64,000 bases of DNA from positions 10,195-74,194 of the forward strand of contig JAJFGS010000001.1 of assembly GCA_021775995.1 (NCBI GenBank). Direction: 5' to 3'. The notes under the pieces are model-generated. The model searched no databases and had not been told where the DNA came from. It saw only the letters and a program-made list of their open reading frames with translations. A program made the position numbers and the translations under genes. This DNA is from Alphaproteobacteria bacterium. Its GTDB lineage: Bacteria; Pseudomonadota; Alphaproteobacteria; Micavibrionales; Micavibrionaceae. Shown here piece by piece: positions 31,224-41,112 of the stretch; position 1 is the stretch's first letter; every line of letters starts with the position of its first letter.

Positions 31224-32915
31224 TTATTCTATAATTAAAGAACCGTTGTTAATAAAATCAGTTAAATCAACGCCTGTTACATTTTCAAGCAGAACAACTT
31301 CTATAGCTCTTGTAGATGGGTCGCTGCCAGAAGTATCAACAAGAACTTTCGTATCACCATTTTGTTCGAATAATAGTACAAAATCATCAATAGAATGTTG
31401 AGTGGAATCATAAGCCGTCAGTAAGTCTGATAGATCAAGAGCGTCACCTTCGGATGCATCAAAATCTTTAATGGTATCAAAGCGATCGTCTAATGTTTCA
31501 AATAAGAATGTATCAGCGCCAGAGCCGCCATATAAAGTATCATCTCCAAGACCACCACTGATAATATCATCACCTTCTTGGCCAAAAATTAAGTCATCGC
31601 CATCGCCGCCATGGATAATGTCATTTCCGCCAATACGTGCAACACCTTCATCTGTTACGACTTCTACGGCAAGTTCGTCGGCATTGTTACGGATGTAGGC
31701 TGTACTGTCCGCCCTGTTCCATCCTGAATCAATAGTGCTTTGGCCAGCTTCTAATTGTACAAAAACTTCCCACCCATCGCCCTGTTCTGTCATAAGACCG
31801 TGAGTTATTGCTAGGGCATCTGTATTGAGCGCATCACCAAAAATAATGTCATTACCTGCATTTCCGTTAATGACATCATCACCTACGGAGGCGAGCTTTG
31901 TCATAGGATTGGTTTCTTGCATAACAGCAGAGAGTTGATCTGCAGGAACGTTGAGCGCATTACCGTCCGAGTCAATGAGTTCAATATTAGAAATACTGTC
32001 ACCAATACTAATACCAACACCGATAACTTCATCACTTAAAGACTGTAATTGTTCTACTTCGTTTGTTCCGTCTAAACCAAGGATGTGATCCATCGCCGAT
32101 AGAGGCGTTCCTGATGCCGATTGCGAGTTTCCTGTTGCATCATCAACGGCAAAATTTGGAAAACCATCACTTAAAAAATAAGAAGTAGTGGTAGCATTTT
32201 CAATAGCATCACCATTTTCTAACCAATCAACAGCGCTTTTAAGACCTGCTTCATAGTTTGTATAACCACCATGTGTGAGGCTATTCATTAAATCAATAGC
32301 ATCATTAAACTCACCTTCATTTGTAACCGTAAAGGTACCACTACTACCGCTATCGGTGCTAAAAGCTGAGATATGAACTTTTATTTCCCCACCTTCAAAG
32401 CTGGAGAAAGTTGTCAAAAGTTCATTTACTGAGCGAACCATGAGCTCTAATCGGCTTTCACCTGTAACAGATCCTGCGCGCATAGAGCCACTGGTGTCTA
32501 GAACAAAAACAACATTATAATTTTGGGTCTGTCCTTCTAATGTCGAACCGCCATAATCTCCAACGAGAACCTCATTAATATTGAAACCATTGATTTCACC
32601 GCGATTGTGACCAACGGCGTAGTATTCGGACGCACCTGCAACATCATCTATATTTTGACCAACAATTAATCCAGGGGGATCGATAACCGTAATAGCGTCT
32701 AACGGTTCATCTACAATAATACTATTTTCTTGTGCTGATAAAACGGAAGGTGAGATCAGTTGATCTGGGTTATCTAACTCATAATAGGAATCATAGTCAT
32801 ATTCATAGTTACTATCGGTAATATTGGCATAAACATAGTTACTATCACCACCACCTAAGGCGACCGAAAACAATAGGTCTGTTGACATTGTATCTAGATA
32901 AAACTGAGCACCCAT
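31224..32915 (-). CDS. secreted VWA-domain protein with RTX calcium-binding repeats and type I secretion C-terminal target region
   Basis: The VWA MIDAS context is VVFVLDTSGSM. The nonapeptide repeats are GGDGDDLIFGQEGDDIISGGLGDDTLYGGSGADTF. The C-terminus has DFDASEGDALDLSDLL. Confidence 0.75.
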   Translation of the reverse strand: MGAQFYLDTMSTDLLFSVALGGGDSNYVYANITDSNYEYDYDSYYELDNPDQLISPSVLSAQENSIIVDEPLDAITVIDPPGLIVGQNIDDVAGASEYYAVGHNRGEINGFNINEVLVGDYGGSTLEGQTQNYNVVFVLDTSGSMRAGSVTGESRLELMVRSVNELLTTFSSFEGGEIKVHISAFSTDSGSSGTFTVTNEGEFNDAIDLMNSLTHGGYTNYEAGLKSAVDWLENGDAIENATTTSYFLSDGFPNFAVDDATGNSQSASGTPLSAMDHILGLDGTNEVEQLQSLSDEVIGVGISIGDSISNIELIDSDGNALNVPADQLSAVMQETNPMTKLASVGDDVINGNAGNDIIFGDALNTDALAITHGLMTEQGDGWEVFVQLEAGQSTIDSGWNRADSTAYIRNNADELAVEVVTDEGVARIGGNDIIHGGDGDDLIFGQEGDDIISGGLGDDTLYGGSGADTFLFETLDDRFDTIKDFDASEGDALDLSDLLTAYDSTQHSIDDFVLLFEQNGDTKVLVDTSGSDPSTRAIEVVLLENVTGVDLTDFINNGSLIIE

Positions 32916-33106
32916 ACTCTTTATTCCCTAAATTTTTTTATTCGTTATGCCCCTATCCTACAATTTAAGCATAATAAGCGTTTAAATTTGCATAATTATA
33001 CATAAAGTTTTAACTATTATGTGTTCAAAATGCCTTAAAATTTAAAGGAATTTGTAGCTATCTGATTGTTTTTAAATGGTTTTTTGGGAAAATAAGTAAA
33101 ATTAAT

Positions 33107-34132
33107 TTAAATCGCCACTAAGCGCTTTTTTTCTTCATCCCATAGTTTTAAGCGCGCGCATTTTAAGCTCTGTAAAAGAGTTAGTTTGTTGATTTCCTTT
33201 AGTTCTGGTCGTGCATCCATACATTCTTGCAGTTTGTAATTGGGTATCGTACTGCACATATGGTGAATGTGATGCAAGCCAATATTACCTGAGAACCACT
33301 GTAGAACTTTAGGTAAAGCAAAATAAGAACTACCCATGAGCGCAGCTTCTTGTCTGCTCCAGTTTTCATTTCTTTCCCAATGGGTATTTTCGAATTGATG
33401 CTGTACAAAAAATGCCCAACCATAAAACCATGCTGCAACAATTAAAATTGGTAGCGCAATACTCACAAGGGGAATAATTCCAACAAGTAATGAGATGGAT
33501 CCATAGAATAGGATAAGCGTAACATTGGTCAACATGGTGCTTTTCCATGTTATCGATAAAGAAAGCGTTTTATACGTATCGCGGAAATAGGCACCTTGAT
33601 TATATGGGATACGCTGCATGAGCATGATATAAAGTGGGGTTCCGACAATTAATAGAACAAATGGATTACGATATATGCGGTACAGAGCCTTTTTCCATTT
33701 AGACAATGCTTGATATTCTTTGACGGTAATGACATCAATATCACCAACACCGCAACGATCAAGATTTCCAGATGTTGAATGATGTATGTTATGAGAGCGA
33801 CGCCAAAAATCATAAGGAATAGCAGTTAAGGTACTCAAAAACCTACCTGTCCAGTCATTAGCTTTTTTTGAAACGAAAAATGATCCATGACCACAATCAT
33901 GTTGGAATATAAAAATTCTGGCTAGTAAGCCTGCGGTTGGAAACGTAAGTAAAATTGTTACCCAGTAAGAAAAGTTTAAGCTGTAAAACATCAAACTACA
34001 GGCCATTATAAAAAGGCCAAGTGTTGTTGTAAGCTGAAAAATACTCCGCCATTTATCAGCACCTTTATATGCATTACAATGGGCGGCTATTTCTTTAAAA
34101 AATTGTGGAGAGTAATGATCTGAAGTGCTCAT
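33107..34132 (-). CDS. membrane fatty acid desaturase
   Basis: It has three His boxes: HDCGHGSF, HNIHH and HHIHH. Confidence 0.8.
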   Translation of the reverse strand: MSTSDHYSPQFFKEIAAHCNAYKGADKWRSIFQLTTTLGLFIMACSLMFYSLNFSYWVTILLTFPTAGLLARIFIFQHDCGHGSFFVSKKANDWTGRFLSTLTAIPYDFWRRSHNIHHSTSGNLDRCGVGDIDVITVKEYQALSKWKKALYRIYRNPFVLLIVGTPLYIMLMQRIPYNQGAYFRDTYKTLSLSITWKSTMLTNVTLILFYGSISLLVGIIPLVSIALPILIVAAWFYGWAFFVQHQFENTHWERNENWSRQEAALMGSSYFALPKVLQWFSGNIGLHHIHHMCSTIPNYKLQECMDARPELKEINKLTLLQSLKCARLKLWDEEKKRLVAI

Positions 34133-34299
34133 AAAAGTGCTTTAATATTACAATTACATACTTAACTATTAGAATCTAAAACTAATGATAAAGCCCTTAA
34201 TTATAATTTCAATGTTGAAAACGCAAATCTAAGGATTTCATACCAGCACAAACAGCACGAACTGTTTTTTATTATGGTAAAATTACTATTAATTGTTTT

Positions 34300-36639
34300 T
34301 TAAGCAGCTTTTTCTTTTTGTACTTGTGTTCGTAAAAACTTTGCCGCTTTCACCATATTTTCAAGTGCAGGCTTAACCTCTGTCCAACCACGGGTTTTTA
34401 AGCCACAATCAGGGTTAACCCAAAGTTGATCTGCATTGAGCACTCTGCGTGCTTTTTCTAGTAAGGTAACCATTTCTTCAACAGATGGCACACGCGGTGA
34501 ATGTATATCATAAACACCAGGTCCGATTTCGTTTGGATAATCATAGGTGCCAAAAGCTTCTAGAAGTTCCATTTGTGAACGAGAGGTTTCAATAGAGATC
34601 ACATCTGCGTCCATGGCACCAATTGACTCAATAACATCATTAAATTCCGAATAACACATATGAGTATGAATTTGTGTTTCATCAGATACACATGATGAGC
34701 TTAGGCGAAAATCATCAACTGCATTATCCAGATAAGCTTGCCAGTCGGCGCGGCGTAGGGGAAGACCCTCACGAAAAGCTGCTTCATCAATTTGAATCAT
34801 GCGAATGCCCGCTTTTTCTAAATCTGCGACTTCGTCACGGATGGCTAATGCAATTTGTGTGGCTGTGACAGAGCGAGGCTGGTCATCACGTACGAACGAC
34901 CATTGTAAAATAGTAATGGGTCCTGTAAGCATGCCTTTCATAATTTTATCCGTTTGGCTCTGGGCATATTTTGACCATTCTACAGTCATCGGATTTGGTC
35001 GAGAGACATCTCCAAAGATGATGGGTGGTTTCACACATCGTGAACCATAAGATTGTACCCAAGCTTTCTTTGTAAAAATAAAACCTGCAAGTTGTTCTCC
35101 AAAATATTCTACCATGTCATTACGCTCTGGTTCACCATGGACAAGAACATCAAGACCAGCTTCATGTTGGTAATCTACGACAAGACGAATTTCTGCTTCC
35201 ATAGCGGCTTGGTATTCAGCTTTATCAATTTTACCTTTCTTAAAACTCGCTCTGGTTTGGCGAATATCTTTTGTTTGTGGAAAAGAACCAATCGTTGTCG
35301 TTGGAAAAGTAGGGAGGTTGAGTGCTTCTCGCTGTATTGTTTGACGTTGTGCGAAAGGTGATAGGCGTTTTTTTTGTTTTGGTGTAATAGAAGAGAGTCT
35401 TTCTTTAACAGAAGAGTCATGAATACGTGTAGAGGTTTGACGTTCACTTTGTGCATTATCACTATTATATAAAGCTTCAGATATAACCTCTCGTCCATTA
35501 TTTACACCATTGGCTAAGGTAACAATTTCATCTAACTTTTGTGTTGCAAAAGATAACCAATTTTTAATTTCAGGTTCTAATTCGGTCTCACTCTCCAAAT
35601 CGACAGGTGTGTGAAGAAGAGAGCTACTACTTGCTACAAATACTCTTTCTTTTCCTAAGGCTTGTACTGCTTTTTCGATATGACCTAAAGATTTGTTGAG
35701 GTTGTTTTTCCAAATATTGCGACCATCAACAACACCAAGGGAGAGAGTTTTTTCTGTACCGGCTTGTGCCAAAGCTTCTGTTAATTGCGCATCAGGGTTA
35801 TTGGTATTGCAATTAGCTTGCCCTGCACCACGGCATAAATCAATATGTACCCCATCAACTGGTAAGCTAAATGCTAAATCAGTATTATCACGGAGACCAT
35901 CAAAATAGCTGGTGAGTAATATTTTTAGACCTGTGGGCGTTTTTATATCTTTGTATGCTAGTTCAATAGCAGTACGTTGAATATTTGATAAATCAAGTGC
36001 CAGAATGGGTTCGTCAATCTGTACCCATGTTGCTCCTTTTTTGGCTAGTTTTTCAAAAATTTCATTATACACCGGGATTAAGCTTTGAACGAAAGATATA
36101 GGATCAAACCCTTCATACTGTGCTTTGCCGATAAAGGTATAGGTTGCAGGTCCGACGATAACAGGGCGCGTAATGATACCAAGCGATTTGGCTTCATCAA
36201 AGTCATCAAATATTTTATTGCTAGAAAGTTTAGGTTTCGCATCTTTTTCAAATTCAGGGACAAGATAGTGGTAATTCGTATCAAACCATTTGCTCATATC
36301 CATAGCAGTTACATCTAAGTTATCTTTTTGCGCACCGCGTGCCATAGCGAAATAGGTATCCAAGTCTACCTCATCTTGATCAATCCATTGGTAACGTTGT
36401 GGGATTAAACCAAGAGTCGCTGTTAAATCTAAAATATGATCGTAAAAGGAGAAATCATTGGAAGGAATATGGTCTAGTCCCGCTTTTTGTTGTAATTTCC
36501 AGTTAAGGGTACGTAAGCGTTTACCCTCTTTTAATAAGGCTTTAGAATCACTTTGACCTTTCCAGTAGCTTTCAACAGCTTTTTTAAGTTCTCTATTTGC
36601 CCCTATGCGCGGGAACCCTAAATTTGTTGCTTGTACCAT
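34300..36639 (-). CDS. metE: cobalamin-independent methionine synthase
   Basis: 779 aa. The N-terminus is MVQATNLGFPRIGANRELKKAVESYW. The C-terminal zinc-site contexts are THMCYSEF and NPDCGLKTR. Confidence 0.92.
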   Translation of the reverse strand: MVQATNLGFPRIGANRELKKAVESYWKGQSDSKALLKEGKRLRTLNWKLQQKAGLDHIPSNDFSFYDHILDLTATLGLIPQRYQWIDQDEVDLDTYFAMARGAQKDNLDVTAMDMSKWFDTNYHYLVPEFEKDAKPKLSSNKIFDDFDEAKSLGIITRPVIVGPATYTFIGKAQYEGFDPISFVQSLIPVYNEIFEKLAKKGATWVQIDEPILALDLSNIQRTAIELAYKDIKTPTGLKILLTSYFDGLRDNTDLAFSLPVDGVHIDLCRGAGQANCNTNNPDAQLTEALAQAGTEKTLSLGVVDGRNIWKNNLNKSLGHIEKAVQALGKERVFVASSSSLLHTPVDLESETELEPEIKNWLSFATQKLDEIVTLANGVNNGREVISEALYNSDNAQSERQTSTRIHDSSVKERLSSITPKQKKRLSPFAQRQTIQREALNLPTFPTTTIGSFPQTKDIRQTRASFKKGKIDKAEYQAAMEAEIRLVVDYQHEAGLDVLVHGEPERNDMVEYFGEQLAGFIFTKKAWVQSYGSRCVKPPIIFGDVSRPNPMTVEWSKYAQSQTDKIMKGMLTGPITILQWSFVRDDQPRSVTATQIALAIRDEVADLEKAGIRMIQIDEAAFREGLPLRRADWQAYLDNAVDDFRLSSSCVSDETQIHTHMCYSEFNDVIESIGAMDADVISIETSRSQMELLEAFGTYDYPNEIGPGVYDIHSPRVPSVEEMVTLLEKARRVLNADQLWVNPDCGLKTRGWTEVKPALENMVKAAKFLRTQVQKEKAA

Positions 36640-36665
36640 AGTTGTCTTTCCTTTTTATCTTAACT

Positions 36666-37538
36666 CTAAGCAGTTTTTTCTGTTTGATTTAAATTTAACA
36701 ATGCTGTGCAGCTTTCTTGCGTAATTGAAGCCTTATTTAAAGTATAAAAGTGAAAATGATCCACTCCCTCTGCGGCAAGTTCTACAGATTGGTTTCTTAG
36801 TAGGTCTATTGCTATGGATTTTGCTTCATCTGGTTTGTTCTCTAGGCCTTCAAATTTTTCGTGTAACCAATCAGGAACATTGGTTCGGCAACGTGTTGCA
36901 AAATCTTGCATGGTTTTAAAATTATGAATTGGTAATAAGCCTGGACTGATAGGCAATTGAATATTTGCTTTATTGCAAGTATCACGAAAACGTAAGAATA
37001 CATCATTATCAAAAAAGAATTGTGTGATTGCACGATCTGCACCAGCGTCACATTTTTTCTTTAACGCTTCAATGTCATCTTTTAGAGATACTGCATCAGG
37101 ATGTTTTTCAGGATACGCCCCAACAAAAATTTCAAAATCTTGACATGCTTTAAGGGCGGCAACAAAATGACTGGTATATTGAAAATAATTTTTATCATTA
37201 TCTAATGGCCAGTTTAAGTCTTCTGGAAGATCACCACGTAGAGCGACTATATGTTTTATATTTTTTTTCCAAAGGGTGTCGGCTAATTGATAAAGCTCTT
37301 TTCGTGTTGTATCAATATATGTTAGATGCATAGCAATAGGTGTATCTGTTCGGTTTTGAAACTCTTGAATAGTATCAAGTGTTTTTTCTGATGAAGAACC
37401 ATTGGAACTACAGGTGACTGTCATACAAGATGGAGTAAATTCTAGGAGTTTGCCAAGCTGTTCCCATAGTAGTTCTGACCCCTTACTTGTTTTGGGAGGG
37501 AAAAATTCAAAGCTTAATGTTGGTGTATGCGCACCCAT
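36666..37538 (-). CDS. metF: 5,10-methylenetetrahydrofolate reductase
   Basis: It carries LSFEFFPPKT, ALRGD and FFFD. It lies 26 nt upstream of metE on the same strand. Confidence 0.88.
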   Translation of the reverse strand: MGAHTPTLSFEFFPPKTSKGSELLWEQLGKLLEFTPSCMTVTCSSNGSSSEKTLDTIQEFQNRTDTPIAMHLTYIDTTRKELYQLADTLWKKNIKHIVALRGDLPEDLNWPLDNDKNYFQYTSHFVAALKACQDFEIFVGAYPEKHPDAVSLKDDIEALKKKCDAGADRAITQFFFDNDVFLRFRDTCNKANIQLPISPGLLPIHNFKTMQDFATRCRTNVPDWLHEKFEGLENKPDEAKSIAIDLLRNQSVELAAEGVDHFHFYTLNKASITQESCTALLNLNQTEKTA

Positions 37539-37587
37539 GAAAAATAATTCCTATTCAATATTCATACTTATTAAAGCCAATAACTAT

Positions 37588-37622
37588 AAAAAAACCCGTC
37601 TTATTGTGGAGCATAAAACGGG
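37588..37622 (-). promoter_or_regulatory. intrinsic-terminator-like hairpin inside the metF-metE 5' leader (candidate attenuator or riboswitch expression platform)
   Basis: The minus strand reads CCCGTTTTAT-GCTCCACA-ATAAGACGGG followed by TTTTTTT, about 50 nt upstream of the metF ATG. Confidence 0.45.
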
Positions 37623-38157
37623 ATTCCTGAGCTTAGAAATCGTTTTAGCTGTATATTTTAAGTGCCCGCAAGTTGAAGTAAATCAACACTATTGTAAATG
37701 CTATAATAAAGGTATTAATCACGTCAAGCTTTTAACAAATAATTCATTTATAACAGGAAATGTCCCATTTTTGACTATAGAGATTAAATTACTCTTTAGT
37801 GTTAAAAAATATTTTCTGTAGCTTAAATTTCAAAAGACATGCGCGCAATTTCATAGTCAGCTGTGATTACAAAATAAAATGTAAATGCCATAGCCGTTAA
37901 AAATAACGCGATAAATGTAATGCCAAAAGAGACCTCGGTCATCATTCTGTCAATCTATTGTTTAAAATTATGATTAAATTGGGGTTTAACGGCATAGTGA
38001 GCGTATGTCAATAAGTATTTAACATATTATTAATTTGTTAGATATGAATTACCATTATTGAATGGTGGTGATGTTGCCTTTCATATTGCAACATTTGAAA
38101 ATGTGAATACTCTTAAACAGAGAATGCTTTCTAGATTGATAAATAAGGTTTTAGAGT

Positions 38158-38910
38158 ATGTTTGAATTTTTTGGGTTTAGAATCGCTCGTTTTTTACAAA
38201 AAACATCTTCTGGCTATAAACCACTTGCTCATACAGATCCGGATAAACTTAAAAAAATTATCAGACCAGGAGATATTCTTTTGGTTGAGGGTAATTTACG
38301 CATCAGCATAGCCATTAAATATCTAACTCAATCAACATGGTCGCATGCTGCTGTTTATGTTGGTCCAGATGATAATGAAGATACAGATTCGCCGTGTCTT
38401 ATCGAAGCAGATGTTGTGGACGGCGTTATTAAGGTCCCCTTATCAAAATATGCAGGGTTAAGTACGCGTATTTGTCGACCGGTAGGCGTTGCTCCTGAAG
38501 AGTTAGAAAAAGTAATCGATTTTTTAAATAGTAAAATCGGCATGCATTATGATATGTCGAATACGATGGATTTAGCGCGGTACTTATTTCCAATGCCGCC
38601 CATCCCTGTACGGTGGCGTCGTAAAATGCTAGCTTTGGGGAGCGGCGAACCTACGAAAGCCATATGTTCGACATTAATTGCGCAAGCTTACCAATCAATC
38701 CAATATCCTATTCTACCGACTGTTTCTGAGCGGGTCGTTTTAGATGAAGAAACTGGCGAAGATATTAGGGAAGAGATTCTTCATATTCGTCACTACTCCT
38801 TATTTACGCCGCGTGACTTTGATATTTCTCCGTATTTTCAAGTCATAAAACCAACCATTGAATCAGGTTTTGATTATAAAAATATTCGTTGGGGAAAGAA
38901 AAAATTGTGA
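38158..38910 (+). CDS. YiiX/YaeF-like permuted papain-fold hydrolase (tentative)
   Basis: GDILLVEG ... SHAAVYVG comes before AICSTLIAQAY. This is the His-before-Cys order of the permuted NlpC/P60-like family. Confidence 0.5.
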   Translation: MFEFFGFRIARFLQKTSSGYKPLAHTDPDKLKKIIRPGDILLVEGNLRISIAIKYLTQSTWSHAAVYVGPDDNEDTDSPCLIEADVVDGVIKVPLSKYAGLSTRICRPVGVAPEELEKVIDFLNSKIGMHYDMSNTMDLARYLFPMPPIPVRWRRKMLALGSGEPTKAICSTLIAQAYQSIQYPILPTVSERVVLDEETGEDIREEILHIRHYSLFTPRDFDISPYFQVIKPTIESGFDYKNIRWGKKKL

Positions 38911-38980
38911 TGGCGTTTATGAGCAAGTAAAAGCCATGAATTTTACTGTTGATATATTCACTAATATAAAGCTGTTAAAT

Positions 38981-39013
38981 AAAAACCCCTTCGGTTTAAT
39001 TGAAGGGGTTTTT
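38981..39013. terminator. bidirectional intrinsic terminator between convergent genes
   Basis: The sequence is AAAAACCCCTTC-ggtttaatt-GAAGGGGTTTTT, a GC-rich 7-bp core flanked by an A-run and a T-run. Confidence 0.6.
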
Positions 39014-39037
39014 ATTTAATAAGTAAATTTTTGTCTT

Positions 39038-40747
39038 TTAAAATTTCTTGTTTAAGCTGAAGAAGAATTGAGGTTCACGATTGCCTCTGGTTTGAATATC
39101 TCTATTCAAGGGCTGTGCCGCAACCACTTCAGCATTGACGTCCATTGGTAAGTCTACACGAACGCCCACTCCTGTTGAGGTCAATGAATTACGTTTAGCA
39201 TTGCTGGTGGTGGCATCTTGGTTCCATACAGTGCCCGAATCTAAGAAGCCGAAAACTTGAGTTTTTCTTGAGGGCGTATTCCACTGAACTTCAACCGTTC
39301 CGCCGATACCATCATCTCCAACAGTTTCAGAAGGATCATAACCGCGTACTGAACTAATACCGCCTAGACCAAACTCTTCAGAGCTGAGAAGTGGGTCGCT
39401 TGAAATTTGCGCACGTCCAGATAGAACAACATTTACACTCTTTGTAACGCGTTGTAGGCGCTCTACACGAAGATTTGCTTTTGTGAAAGTAGGGTCACCT
39501 GCTGGGCGTGTAAGGTTTGCATCGCCTTCATCGCTCGAACCTAAAATATCAACTCCTTGGGACACTTGAAAATCTATGGAGTTAACAGCAACACCAAGAA
39601 GTCTGTCCAGAAAATCAGCTTTTACACCTGCGCGTATGGCGCGGATTTTATCTTTACGTGTAGCCTCAACATTGTTTTTACTCTCAACATTGCGAAAATC
39701 TAAAAGTAAACGAGCAAATATATTTGTGTTACGTGATCTTAAGACAGGATGTTCAGCACCGACAAAAAGACTTCTAGACAGACCTTCTACGTCAAACGTA
39801 TCTAAAGTAAAGCCCGGGTCTGTGTCTGTTATACTGACGCCAGCCGAAACAGTTGTTCCAAAAGGTCCAACAGGTTGCTGGTATCCCAGTGAACCAAAAG
39901 CCAATTCAATACCAGCATCTGGTGCAATAACAGCTTGTGCTGTGATTTGTTCATTGTGACCAAAAGCAGAATTGAAAATTGTAGCACCACTAAATTGTAA
40001 TGGACCAAGAAAGCGGCTGCCAAAATTATCAACACTAACAAGTGCTTCAAATGGATCGCGTTCTAAAATGATAAGAAGGTCAGCTGCCCCAGTAGCCGAA
40101 GGGGAAGGGCTAATAACTGTTCTTGCTTCGATACCAGGCAAGTCGTTAATTAATAAGAGATAGCGCTCTAGGCTTTCTATATTAAGTGGACCACCTTTGC
40201 TAATTTGACCAGCATAATCTTCAACGGTTCTTAATGCAGAAGCATTTTCTTCACCACCATTAATAGTAATGTTGTCAACAAAACCTTCAACAACAAGAAG
40301 GTTTGGTAAGCCGCTTTCAATTGTTTGTGGGGGAACAACAACGCGTGATAAAATATAGCCGTCATTTCTATATTTTAAAGCTATATTGTTAGCAATTGTA
40401 TAAAGATCTGCTAAGGAAATTTCAGTGCCAATTTTATCTCTATATATTGAAGCTAATTCTTCTTGGTTATAAATGCTAACACCGTTAAATTTTATACCGC
40501 CGAAATTAAACTTAATATTCTCTGCCCCTGCTGGAGCGTTTTGAAGCTCCATTTTTTTAATGCTAATATTTGGTGCAGATTGAGGAATCAAAGTGCTTTC
40601 TATTAAACGGTCTCCTGCGCGACCTGGATCAGCAATAACAGTTTGCTGTTCGAGCTGTGCAAAAGCGGCATTGGTGAACATAAGTGATGAGATAAGAATC
40701 GCTGTAAAAGCAAAGTTCTTTGCCATCGTTTTTTTAGATGTTGTCAT
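39038..40747 (-). CDS. ShlB/FhaC/HecB-family two-partner secretion outer membrane transporter (TpsB)
   Basis: 569 aa with a signal peptide and a POTRA-like N-terminal region. The C-terminal beta-barrel ends in an aromatic residue (KKF). It is divergent from the TpsA gene. Confidence 0.85.
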   Translation of the reverse strand: MTTSKKTMAKNFAFTAILISSLMFTNAAFAQLEQQTVIADPGRAGDRLIESTLIPQSAPNISIKKMELQNAPAGAENIKFNFGGIKFNGVSIYNQEELASIYRDKIGTEISLADLYTIANNIALKYRNDGYILSRVVVPPQTIESGLPNLLVVEGFVDNITINGGEENASALRTVEDYAGQISKGGPLNIESLERYLLLINDLPGIEARTVISPSPSATGAADLLIILERDPFEALVSVDNFGSRFLGPLQFSGATIFNSAFGHNEQITAQAVIAPDAGIELAFGSLGYQQPVGPFGTTVSAGVSITDTDPGFTLDTFDVEGLSRSLFVGAEHPVLRSRNTNIFARLLLDFRNVESKNNVEATRKDKIRAIRAGVKADFLDRLLGVAVNSIDFQVSQGVDILGSSDEGDANLTRPAGDPTFTKANLRVERLQRVTKSVNVVLSGRAQISSDPLLSSEEFGLGGISSVRGYDPSETVGDDGIGGTVEVQWNTPSRKTQVFGFLDSGTVWNQDATTSNAKRNSLTSTGVGVRVDLPMDVNAEVVAAQPLNRDIQTRGNREPQFFFSLNKKF

Positions 40748-41112
40748 GACGGACCCCAGATTTAGTTAATTATTATTATTGATGTAACGAAAAAATACAA
40801 AGAAGACAATAGAAAAAGAGGACAATAAAAGAAGTTATTTACTCCTAATAATTGACTTAATATAGCTTTTTTGACCCTATTTTACAATAAATAACCCTAT
40901 ATTATTTTTGTAATATAATTGCGTATTGCCAATTATTTAAAGAATCCTTAATTTATTATTGCAAATAGGCCAAAAAAGTGGCATTAGAGCCTTATATTCC
41001 ATTTGTAAAATATTGCTTGAAAGGCCATAAATGGCTCTAAGCATAGAAAACACTGATTTAATTTAAACCATTTCATATTTTGAAATGTAACCTGAATTTA
41101 ACGGAGAAAAAA

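Noticed and set aside
36640-36665. A cobalamin riboswitch directly upstream of metE
   Set aside because: Only 26 nt separate metF and metE, which is too short. I saw no B12-box-like sequence in the metF leader either.
37402-37821. A 139-aa plus-strand ORF spanning the metF 5' end and its leader
   Set aside because: It is antisense to metF and runs through the leader hairpin and promoter region. The translation is AT-rich with no supporting signals.
41080-41112. The ORF-track start of TpsA at 41080 (MKCNLNLTEKK)
   Set aside because: GGAG lies 6 nt before the ATG at 41113, and the sequence from MTQHNH onward looks like an extended TPS signal peptide. The upstream ATG has no SD. This remains uncertain.
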